Assembly: GCA_050084515.1 (NCBI GenBank)
Contig: CM114271.1
Location: forward strand, 47,616,001-47,680,000
DNA from: Blasia pusilla
Taxonomy: Eukaryota
Length of the DNA stretch: 64,000 bases
Direction: 5' to 3'
Shown: piece by piece, positions 49,427 to 61,089 of the stretch
How the letters are laid out: every line of letters begins with the position of its first letter
Position numbering within the stretch: position 1 is the stretch's first letter
Program-made: the position numbers and the translations under genes
The notes under the pieces: generated by a model
Told to the model about the DNA's origin: nothing
Seen by the model: only the letters and a program-made list of their open reading frames with translations
The model's database searches: none

Positions 49427-52400
49427 TTACTCGTCATCGTCCGAGAGCTCTTCCAAGATTACTGTCGGCCTTGCCCTCCCGATTTTCGGAATCGTAGGAA
49501 GTGACGATGGTGTCACTACCAATGGTGGGTCTGGAACCGGAGCTCTCGGCTTCGGAGGAGAGTTGTACGCCCCAACTAGCATGTCGTAATCTGCCTTTGC
49601 CTCCTTGCAAAGGTCAAACAGTTCCTGCCTTCCCTCAAGGCAGAGAATGTTCCTGCCACTCTGCCAGCCGCCTCTGATACTTGCCCCTGAAAGGCCCACT
49701 AAGTCAAATACCAAGTCATCCGGCCTTGAGCAGAGCTCGATGAGCGTTTGCATCAGGGCTGGCGACTTTTCCCTTCCTCCAAGTAATGGGGTACCGTCTT
49801 GCATGAAAATTCCCGGGGGAGGGGGGAATTGTATAAACTATCTAAGCTGTACCCATCGGAGCATGGATCCACAGGATCCAGGATCTTAAACACCTGGAAG
49901 TTGTGCTAGGGCCGAACAAAGTAGTAAACATAGGAGTGGTCCATCCGTAAAGAAGCACGTTGGAAACAATGTCAGCAACTTGGCCACTGGTCTACTCTCA
50001 GTGTGGTGACATAATGTGCAACACGTCCCCAAAGAACTTCGCTTAACCCAGAGAACTTCTTTATAATCCTAACATTGGAGCAACCTGTCGGAGTCCGACA
50101 GGTTGTTTAACAAGTGTCTTGTGATTTTTTTGTCCATGAGCAACCCGTCGGAAGGCGACAAGTTTCTGGCTTAAAGCAGCCCATGGTTGGCTAAGAGCAA
50201 CCCGTCGCTTTCATACGGGTTGCATCATTCTAGAAATTGCAAAAGCATTAGCACTTGCAACCAGTCGCTTTCAGACGGGTTGCATCATTCCAGAAAATTG
50301 CAAAAGAAATAGCACTTGCAACCCGTCGGGTTCCGACGGGTTGCATTCACCCAATGGAGACTTGCCCTCAAACTGTAATCCATCGCTTTCAGACGGATTG
50401 CAAAAAGACCCAGCTCAAACAATCCGATGGGTTGCATGCAGAGATGCAACCCGTCGGAGAAAGACAATTTGGATACAAATTAAGAGCCCTTATCCAAATT
50501 TGACTCGTCGCGGATCGGAGTGGGTACTCATTCTTGATGACCCACGATTGCGCCGTCCTCCACTTCAGCGACCTCTTGACGCACTGGAGGTTGAAGAGCT
50601 CATCCTCGCTCCCTCCAGTCAAAACTAAGAAACAGCCCCTGTCACTGAGATAAGCGTCTGCAAAGGAAAAAAAGGGCGCGATCTGGTCATAAGAAAGAGG
50701 GACATTCCAGTCCGGGACCCCGTCGGATGGATTCTCGTCCCACAAGCGCAACCCCGAGGGAAAATCAGCAACGAGGAGATCCACCGCCACCTCTTCGACC
50801 TCCCCATGGACCGTCTAGGGAGCGTGCCCATTTTGTTGAAGCTTTCATCCCAGCGTTGTCAATTTCTCGATGGCGGGTGTCGATGCTTGGGAACTGAAAC
50901 TTTTCAGCTCATCCAGAAGATTCGTGCAGTGAAGGATGACGCTTGTCCGGGTCGTTGTTTCTCTATGTCTTCCCAAGGATGATGTAGTGTATTCCACATC
51001 CTGGTCTGCTCCCTGGGACAACCCTGGCTCCTCTCGCTTCCGCTTCTCCCGAGTCTTCGGTTGGCTTGTTGGGGTCTCTATGACCTCAAACTCTGGTGGA
51101 GTTTTCTTTGCGTAGGACCTGGTCCGACCCTCTCTCCCCGCTCGCCCAGACGATTCCGGCTCTCGCCTTGAATCTTCAGCCTCTCTTTGGGAAGACTCGG
51201 CCTCGAAATTCTTCGATCCCCTCGCCTTGGCTTTGAGACCCGCTGTAGATTTGTCCTTAGCGATGACAACCTTGGACACCAACTCCGCTATCTCGAGGGC
51301 TTGCTCCTCCGCATCTCCTTCGAAAAAGTCTTCACGCTACACAAAATTGGGGATGTCATCCCTACCTGCTGCCACTGCATCATAGAGCAAGCGTAGATCT
51401 TTCTCAGTTATGTCCTTAGGGTCCTTGAAGTCCAGCCAAATCGGGCAATTCTCCACCTCCCAATCGGACATGCTTTGAGCCATCTCCATGTCGTACATGG
51501 AAAATGTGTCTCCATCAGGTGGAGAAGCCCACAATTTGCAGGCTGCCGGTATTTTTTGCCATGTACTTGCATTCTTACAATGGACGAGGTACCTGAACAC
51601 CATGCGTTGGGCAGCTCTTAGTCGAGATGCATCGGCCGCATGCTCTTGAAGATCTCGCTTCTTCTTTGCGAAATCCCTTTTTTCTCCTCTATTTCTTCGT
51701 CAAGGTCTGCCTGAGGGAGGATGCGATCCTTGAACATCGTCCTGAAACCAAGGTTTTTTATGGGCTTGTCCCGCATGTCATCAAGCCAAAGTTCAAAATC
51801 TTCAGCACTCTCTAGGTTTTCTTCCTCCGGAACTGGCTCTATTCTTTTCAGCTCCGCTTGGAGACCCACGAGCATGGACTTCCCAAGAAGCCGCAACGCA
51901 TCCCAAAATGACCATTCACGGAGCTAGTGGGAGATCACTCGATCAGAGACACCTGGAGGATGGTGTGCCGCCCTCTTTTGGGCCTCTGTGCCCTCGAGAC
52001 AGATTTTCATCAGTCGGATTCTCCTAAATTCGCTAATTCTAGTCAAGGCAAATTGATGCACGCGATCAAGAGACACTTTCTCCCCAATCCGACCCTGCGG
52101 ATGACATGGCGCTTGATGATCGCCTTCAGCTCCTTGTAGAAATCGGGGCCAAGTTTGGGGTTGAGAATGGCGATGTAGCGCTGCATCTTGCTTGTCGTGC
52201 CGAGTGCAGATCATCGCAAAGCATGGATGAACTTTGCACGCTCAGACACAGACACTTTCTCCCTCTGCTCCAGCTCCAATGCAGCGCTCTTCTTGGCGGC
52301 CTGTATCTTCGACCAGCAAAGGATTTTCACGGCTACATCTTGGGAAATAAACTTATTTGCCCAAGTCTTTTTTTTTATTTAAGCAACCTTTGCCAGCATC

Positions 52401-54399
52401 TCATTTACAAGGGCGTCGCCCAAGAACCCCTTGTACTCTGCCGCGTGCGTCGTTAGCACTTTCTTCACCCGATGGCAATCCTGGATCCAGTGGTGGGTGA
52501 CATTCCCCTCCGATACAATCCAGCACATCCGAACTCAATATTAGAAATTTTGCAAGGTACATGGGTTCCTGCAACTCGTCGGACTCCGACAGGTCGTCCC
52601 AGCTCATGGTCGGAATGGAAGCAATGAGCTAAATTTTGCAACCCATTGGAGTCAGACGGATTGCATTTAGAGTTGTGATTGCCTGGTTTCAACCTGTCAG
52701 ACTCCGACGGGTTGTCAGATTATCCATATTTAGAGAGTGGTTTCCGCGAAAAAAGTGAACATATCAACCCGTCGGAGTCCGACAGGTTGCGCGATTTCAA
52801 TTAAGGTGCAATTTGACCACAAAAATGTAGCTCCGCTACTTTCAAATGCAACCTATCAGACTCCAACCAGTTGCTTTCAGCCAGAAACATCAAAAAATAG
52901 CTTCGAGTCTAGCAACCCGTCGGACTCCGACGAGTTGCTTTCTTCAAAAAACATCCAAAAACAGCGGTGAGTCGAGCAACTTGTCGGACTCTGACGAGTT
53001 GCTTTCGGCCAAAAACATCCTAAACGAGGGATCAGTCGAGCAACCCGTCGGACTCCGACGAGTTGCTTTCGGCCAAAAACATCCTAAATGAGTGATCAGT
53101 CAAGCAACTCGTCGGAGTCCGACGAGTTGCTTTCGCCAAAAACATTCCAAAAACAGTGGCGACTCAAAAACTTGTCGGAGTCCGATAGTTTGCAGCAAGA
53201 GGAAACTTACGTGTTCATGGCATGCATGGCCGTCTCCACCGTCGCCATGTGATGAGGGTATGGATGTAGCACCACTGCCTTCACGCAAAAATGTGCCTCC
53301 AATGAGTTTGGGCGCTCCTCTGCAAACTGGGTCCATGCCATGAACTTGTGGTTTCCATCCCAGATGAAGAAATACAAGTTCTGCATCCAGCAGAATTCCG
53401 TCCCCTCTATCGCCCTTCTGAATTCTTGTTGTCTCATCCTCCAAAATGTGTCGAGCGCTTCCAAGTCCTCCTCCGTAACCAACGCTTGGGTTCCATGGTC
53501 ATCATAAGATTGAACATAAGCTGTCGACGTAGGATGTTGTCGCTGCCAATTGTTTCAGCTTCGCAATATCCTCATCAGATTGAATATCGCGGACGTACTC
53601 CATAGTTCGCAATTGGCAAAGTGGAATTCTCGGGGCGTATTGGCCCTCCATCAGTGCCATCTGCTTTACCACCTGTCACAGCGGGGACAAGGTCAATAAG
53701 CTACACTGAATTTCCAATGAATTGCAACATGGGCCTTCACATAATTCAGTGAACACTGATCCTCTCTTACCCGCTCGAAGATTGAGTCGGTGTCTAGGCC
53801 AGCCAACTGCTCTGGGACAGCAGCTGGCAAGTCCACTGGAAACTCATCGATCCGATAGAGGTTGATTTCTTCCGCCAGGCTTAGGGACGAGGATGACATC
53901 TCTCCTGCTTCTTCAGCTATATCCACCATCTCCACGCTGGCGGTCCTCATGACCTCATCGTCCGTCACTTGAACTTCGGTCATTTATGGTATATTGATTG
54001 TGTCCCCGGACTTCATCGGGGACATTTCCTGCATCTCAACACTTTTTGTTGGATGGGCAAGGCTTTCTTCCATGGCAATTGCTTTTTCCCTCCGAGCTTT
54101 TGCCAATTCTGCTCTCCTCCCAACGCGTCCAGACGCTTCTTTTCTCGCTTTTCGTCGGCGACCCTTTTCTTCAAGGCATGCGACGCCTCAACCTCTGCAT
54201 TCTGTTTTTCGAGCGCCTCATGTACACGTTTTGCAAGAAGCTCTTGCTTGTGCATCTCCGCTTCCCTTTCCAGCTCCTCGATTTCTTGCTGCCTTATCTC
54301 ATTGGCCGAACGAGGCCCTGGAGATGGTGAAGCAGAAGTCCTCATGGACTTGGGAGTGAAGCTCCCACCCTTGTTTGCTTGAGATTTTTTCCTCGTCAT
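49427..54399 (-). pseudogene. Multi-exon gene: coiled coil, ParB/Sulfiredoxin-like domain, helical/low-complexity linker, beta-class N6-adenine/N4-cytosine methyltransferase-like domain
   Basis: ParB-like: RIPLCQLRTMEYVRDIQSDEDIAKLKQL (~53545-53630) and YFFIWDGNHKFMAW (~53330-53375). MTase: VDLLVADFPSG (motif IV, ~50755-50785), FADAYLSDRGCFLV, then EKSPALMQTLIELCSRPDDLVFDLVGLSGAS...SGRNILCLE (motifs X/I/II, ~49635-49770). Introns 53770-53673, 53210-~52570 and ~50490-~50050. Several stops and frameshifts. Confidence 0.75.
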
Positions 54400-55917
54400 T
54401 GTTTCCGAAAATGCCTCCTATGGACAAGGAAATTTCTCTCTGTGCACGATGAATTGGCTCGAGGAATCTCCTTTATGAGTCGCCTTGCTGATATCACGAT
54501 GAGTCACCTTGATGAGCAGCTCGAATCGTCTCGTGATCGTTCGCTTGAATCGTCTCACGACGAGTCGCCGTGTAAAGCGCCCCTTGGTATCTGGTCAGCT
54601 GCTGCGCGGAAGAGCAATTGAGATCACGAAATGAAAAACCAGAAATGAGCGAGCCTTCCCCTATTTATACTTTTCGAGCCGTTGGGCTGACCGTTGGGTC
54701 GCATCGTCCTTCGACGGCGACGTGCCGGCCGTTATGGTAGTCTAGACATGAAAAAAAACCAACCCGACGGCTTCGACAGGTTGCACCCTTCCCGAGGGTT
54801 CAAGGCATCCATCCTCGTGGCAACCCGTCGGAGACCGACAGGTTGCGCGCCTCCGTCATCTTCGGACAAGAACACGAGGTTCCCACGCAACCTGTCGGAG
54901 ACCGACAGGTTGCTCGCCTATGCTATCTTTGGACAAGAACGCGAGGTATCCGCGCAACCCGTCGGATTCCGGTGGGTTGCACGCTTCCCTCATCTTGGGA
55001 TAACAAGGCGGGCTTCCCGCGCAACTCGTCGGAGGCCAATAGGTTGCACGCTTCCTTCATGTAAGCGTAACAAGGTAAGGCACTTGCGCAATCCGTCTGA
55101 GGCCGACGGGTTGTGCGCCTCCGCCGTCTTTGGGCAAGAAGGTGCGGCCTGCCCAACTCGTCAGAAAGAGACGGGTTGCACACTTCCTTAATGTAAGTAA
55201 CACAAGGTGAGGAAATTGCGCAACCCGTCTGAGGCTGACGGGTTGCGCGCCTCCGCCGTCTTCGGGCAAGAAGGCGTGGCACCCATGCAACTCGTCGGAG
55301 ATTGACGGGTTGCACGCTTCCTTCATGTTAGCGTTACAAGGTGAGGCACAAGCGTGCAACCCGTCCTGAAGCCGACGGGTTGCACGCTTTGCTTATGTTC
55401 GGTTAATAGGCGAGGTACCAGGGTTCCCCGTTGGTTATCGATAGGTTGCACGCTTTTCTATCCCTCGAGTAACAATGCGACAACGCATAGTTCGGAGGCA
55501 ACCCATTGCAATTCGACGGGTCACAAGATCTACCCTGAGTTGGACAATCTCGCAAATGTCCCCAACGATTGGTTGCCTTAGCATATGCAAGTGATATCTT
55601 GTGTTGATGCTAGCAAAATTGACTCAAAAAACCTTTGGTCGGCAAGAAGGGGGTATCAACCCAACGGACTCCGACGGGTTCCAACAAAAAGAAGTGCATG
55701 CTTTGAAACCAACGTCTCTGATTCCCAAATTCTGCAACCCACCTGACTCCGAAAAGTTGCGACAGAATTGGATCCATTGTGTCAGATATTTTCAACTACC
55801 ATACTTCATCTTGTCAGTCAAATCCTGTCAGGAGAATCTGAGTCCCTATTCACTATAAATTAAAAATTCTCATTCGCATTCTCATACCAATTCTCTGTCT
55901 CCTCTCGGTGGAATCTT

Positions 55918-58900
55918 TTGGGAATGGACAATTATGTGAAGCTTACTTGTGGCTGTCATCTAGCGGCCCTTCCTCAATCAGAAATCGTTCGACCGCAAGC
56001 TCGTGAGTCTTTCATGGCAGTGGATGAAAATTTTCTATTAGTTCAATTTCTTCTCCAAATTAGAACCATCTTTGTATCCAAGGATGTTAGGGTGGACGGT
56101 ACGGAGGACATTATAGGTGAGATAGTCCAGCCACTGATTGTAGACCGTAAAGTATGGAATCTCCTAACTCTAGCAAATGGTCAATACAGAGTTTACGGCT
56201 TGCCCCTGAATTCCTCTGTTTCCCAAGTAGACGGTCGAGAACTTCCTAGTGCACCGAGCTCTACGTTTGCAACTCCTAGCTCAGTAGATCCGGCTTCGAC
56301 TCCAACTTCAAACGCTCGTAACAATGTTGTACTTCTTGAAGATATTCCGATGTTTTCAACCTCAGTGGATCTGTCGGACACCAACCGGGCCCTCTGTCCG
56401 CCTACTCATTCCTCTTGCGAGTATCAGGCAATAGTTTGCTATCGTCTCTGGCCTTGAAAATGTTCAAGCACATTCTTGTCGACAAGCTGCCATCCACGTA
56501 CGATGGTAATTGCATTTTTGAGTTGCCTCCACTTGCTGCTCCTGCTCAAAAGAAAGATGGAGGATGCTTGAAGGGTATGGACAGAAAGTCTGATTGTCAT
56601 CGATGGTGCAGGCTTCAACGGACTAGTGCTTCAATTCCAGATGGTCCTTGGATTGTCTCCCGCCACCAATGCGTTGGAGCCTTGGAGTGTAGAAGTCCAG
56701 CATGCCCGTTGTAATGTACAAGTGTTTCTATTTTATAGTCGATTTAGTAAGTTCGATCCCCAAGAGGATCATTGCTTGATGAAAAGAGAATTCGGAATTA
56801 CAATTTTGTTGTAATAGTTGTATTCAAATGTGTGTGAGTTATATTCAATGTCTTATCAATATCTTCTGATCTTTCTTAGTACCAAAGGATCTTTTCTCGA
56901 TTCTCTCTAGTGGAATTGACAGCATGTTCAGGTAGATTTTCCTCTCGACATCAAGAAACCTCACAGAGATTTCAACACAAAAGCTGGCTTCTCCTACTTT
57001 CGGAACTCAATCCGTCTCGGTAGGTTACTCTCTGTCAAACAGATTTCCTACAACTCATGTTGATTATTTCACTGATGAGAAAGGTTTGCCTAATTCACTC
57101 CTCATTCTGCAGACCCAAAAATAATACTCAGACATAGGCATCGCACACTAGAATGAATGAATGATTGCTTTACTACTCCATCAAGAACGAGAAAGCTTCA
57201 AAGTGTATACAAGCTTGAGAGGGTACTTCTCTCTTGCTCGGACCATTCCTACAGCATGAGGACTTCGTAAGAGAATGATGATTATGGCTTCTGCCTTGCT
57301 TCTTAAAGATTCGCTCGAGTGGAAGTGATCCTAAGATTCGAAACGTTCTTGATGAAGCTAGTGTCTCTTCACTATTTCTAACTACCTAGATCTATGGTTC
57401 TCTTAGCTTTTCCTACGATTCCTGTGAATCCGTAGTACAAAACTGTTCTAACTACCACTTTGATACAAAGGGTCGCGCCCTTTCCTAGTCATGTTTTAAC
57501 ATGTGTCTCTTGAAATCACAGTCCTTCTTAGCTTCGCTTCGTTGGACTTCAGGAGGACGAAGTACTCCATGCTTCGTTCTTATCTCCTGTGCTTCGTGCT
57601 TCGTTAAAGAGCGAAGTACCTCATTCTTCTTTTCTTTGTGATGCTTGGTTATGTAGCGAAGCACTTCTTAGACAGAGCTTCGTACATCTTCGTTAAGCTT
57701 CGTTAAGCTTCTTGAGACTTCGTTATTGCGTTTTCCTCTCCTCTAAGGCAAATCCTTGATCTTCCATCTCTCTGCCTTGTCCCAGGAGCTTCGTGATTCA
57801 CTTATTCTTCTTCATAATAATAAATAATCATAATCAAAATCATAATATACAAGAGTCTTCGTTGAATAAAAAGATATATTCTTCAAGATTACAAAATTGT
57901 GGGTATCACACCCGTATCTAGAGTGCAACGGGCGAGTCAATACGTCGCAATTCCCCCCCAAGAATGCAGAAACTCCATATGAGGTCGGTGCCACCATACC
58001 GCCGGGAGGCCATCGATGTCCTCATTGTCACGCATCCCCCTTCTGTGTTGGAGCGTGTACTGCATACATACTTTTCATTGTGCACGACTTGGGCTCCACG
58101 TCAGAGTACACAAGGTTGGTAGTTCATGTTGGCTCCCACACTCATCCTGTGACCGATGCAATTCAGAGACACATCAAGGAGGATATCGCAAAGAAAGTGG
58201 CCAAGGTCTATAGAAACTCTCCGGGTTCAAAGCCGGGAGTGATCGAGCTCACAACAGCATCACAAATTTGTGAACAATTGCTTGGCATCCCTCGATAGGG
58301 CGAGATCACGGCTGCTGAGGAGAAACAAGTGTGGGAAAATCTCGCATTTCTCGCTGATCCTCAATGCTTCCGAAATTTGTTGCATCAAATACGGGTACTG
58401 GATGGAAAGACGGCCGAAATGGATGCCATTGCTAGAATCAAGGCCAACTCCAGATTTCCATTCATTCAGAGATGGTAGTTCATGGGCCAGGGAGGCGAGG
58501 GATCCTGGGCCTATCTCTTCAAAATGTCAACCACAGGTCTGTCGAATGAGGGAAGGGGAAGATCTTTACGGGAGTTGGGTAAGCTTTGATATTTGCTAGA
58601 GAGTGCTGAACGGATGGTTGATAATGGGTGCTCATGTTTATGACCATGTGGAGAAGGGACTCAAAACTATATTTGTCTATGAAGTAAAAGCAGAAGACGT
58701 TGGCAGTTTGAAGATGTGCTGGTTACTCTTATTGGAGGTGGTGAAGGAAAACAAAAGGCCACCTCCGGAAATTTATGGGTTCATGGCGGACAATGCACAA
58801 CCTGGATGGATTGCTATGAGGGAAGTGTTCTAGGGTGGAGAGGTTCAACCGGAGAGGGAAAGGTTGGATGCTTTCCATTGGCAACAGTTTGTGACCCGGT

Positions 58901-61089
58901 ACACCAAATCTTGCATCAAGGAGAATAAGAAGACAGAGCATGTCACTATACTCCAACGGTGCAAGGACAGCAAAACCTTGAAACAGGCCATGGAATGCCA
59001 AGAAGAACTTCATGGGTGGTGGAGGAAGCATGCGATTGAGGGGAAGTACAAAGAGTTGTGCTCTTGGTTGAGTTGGTGGACTGTACGTATGAGACAATGG
59101 GGAAACTTCATGCGGCACGTGACTTCACTATTTCGTCTTGTCAAGCTCACGCTGAGAATTGTTTGAAAAGTTGCAGCTCAAGTTGAGAAGCGTGGGAACT
59201 ATAGGGATTTCAAACCGAAGAAACCAAGAAATTTTCGGATGCGACGGGTTGCCCAAGTGTGCAATCCGTCTGAAATGGACGGGTTTCCTGAGTTTGCAAC
59301 CAGTCGGAAACCGACGGGTTGCATCCAGAATTTTGGTGTAACCCGTATACAAGTATGCAAATCGCATGCATACAAGGCCTGCAAATAGTTCGACCCGGAT
59401 GGGTTTCGGATGACTTGCACTTGGATCTTCCAGCCCGGAGTGGCCAAAGGTTCTTGCAACCCGTCGGAATCGGACGGGTTGCAGTAGGTGTTTCCTGGGT
59501 GTTGCAACATGTCGGAACCCGACGGGTCGCAGAGTTTGACTTCTGAGCTATTTTCGTTCCCTTCTAACATTTCCGTCGTTGCAGGGATTGAACATTCATG
59601 AAAATGCCCTTTGCCCCAACACAAGTGGAGCAGAAAGTGTTCATTCCTCCTGGAGGTCGTCACAAGCATGCCAACAAATTTCACTTGTGGAGGCATGCCA
59701 ACAAGACCAGGCAAGAGCAATCTTTGCGATCTGCAAAGCATCCCATATCTTCCTCACAAAAGGCATAACAAAAGGAAGGGGCCTTCAATCTACCAAACTA
59801 TATGTCGTATGCGGTGTGAGATCGGTGATGAGAAACTCTATGTGGAAGCCTTCAACCGGTGCGTAGCAGGAACTCCCCTCGAGCAAGACGTACACATTGG
59901 TGGGGATATTCGTGGGCGCGTTTCAAGACGTCCCATACAGATGGTGATAGAGCAGTCCGAGCGAGACTCGTGGAGACCATATAAGTATCTTGACTTCAGG
60001 CAAGTGAAGAGGCAGCATCAAGGAACAAATCCGGTGATTGATTTGGATGAGGAAATTATGCCGCCCAGGTATTTGGGGATCCCGGACCGCTCCCAAATCC
60101 GTGATGGAGCAACTTCTCCAAAATCAGTGAATGTTTTATTTCAAAAGCCCTCGGTTGCTGGAAGTTCGCAACATCCGGTCGCTGGGATGGTTCAACAATA
60201 TGGGATTCCGGTAATGGAGGTGGATTGCAACCTAAAACGGTGCCATATATCTCGGAGCAACCCAGGACGTGGACCCAATTGCAGGGCAGGATCTGATGTC
60301 ATAAGGAGAGCATGCGGCACTTTCCTAAATAAGAACTGTACAAGGACTGGACGACCACTGCCTGGGTTTTGGGGACTCAAAAACTTTGATCATTTCACGA
60401 GGACCGCGGATCAATTGAAGTACTTCTTCTGCCCAAATGAATCTTGCGCTTTCCGCAAGTCTTATCCGGCTGCCATTGGAGCTCTGGGGAATACCCCCAC
60501 AATTTGGCCCATTGCCGCAGGTACGAACTGCATTCAAGACGAAGTGGACAATCTTACAAGTGCCGATTTCAGACTCGTAGACGGAGGAAGTTCGGAGCAT
60601 GTTTGCATTACAGAGACCTTTCCATTTCGTATTCAACCCAATATTGACGTCAACATGTACCCGAAGAAGGTGGATAATCTCAATCCACTATTTGTGTTTG
60701 AGTCTAGAAATGGGGTGAAGAGAAACAGAATGTATAGGCCAACGGTGGAGAGAGTAAAGCGAATTGCATCAGCTCGGGAGGCAAAAATGGAGATCATCGC
60801 CACGAAAGATGTCCTGAGTGGCAATGGAATAGGAAGGATGTATTGGGTTAGGAACAACACTGTAAATTCAAGTGTCACAGGGGTGTATGTGGTGCACATC
60901 TCTTGCTTTCCCACATGTTCATGTGATGACTTTGTCCAAAGAGAGACAAGTGGCAAAAGATATTTCCCTTGTAAGCACATGTACTATGTGTTGCTGGTAG
61001 TTTTAAGAGAGTCGGAGGTAGGAGTAGGAATCCACCAACCAATTCTGTCCCTCAAAGAAGTGCAAAGTATTTTAAACAAACCACTTTGA
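55918..61089 (+). pseudogene. Mutator-like transposase (GCM/WRKY-type Zn domain, DDE core, SWIM), disrupted by a solo LTR
   Basis: HQCVGALECRSPACP|YLECNGRVN...CPHC...C...HVGSHTHP rejoins in frame after LTR removal. Core motifs VSFD, GFMADNA, AFHWQQ, then intron ~59119-59584, then TSGAESVHSSW (catalytic E). SWIM motif CSCDDF...PCKH at ~60915-60980. Confidence 0.85.
56710..57910. mobile_element. Solo LTR inserted in the MULE transposase
   Basis: TG...CA, 1201 bp, 5-bp TSD CCCGT (56705-56709 / 57911-57915). Homologous to 14310-15738. Confidence 0.93.

Noticed and set aside
52570-55760. CRISPR-like appearance (27-29-bp palindromic repeats with ~35-bp spacers)
   Set aside because: Eukaryotic intronic/intergenic context, degenerate repeats, neighbouring spacers similar to each other, and no cas genes.
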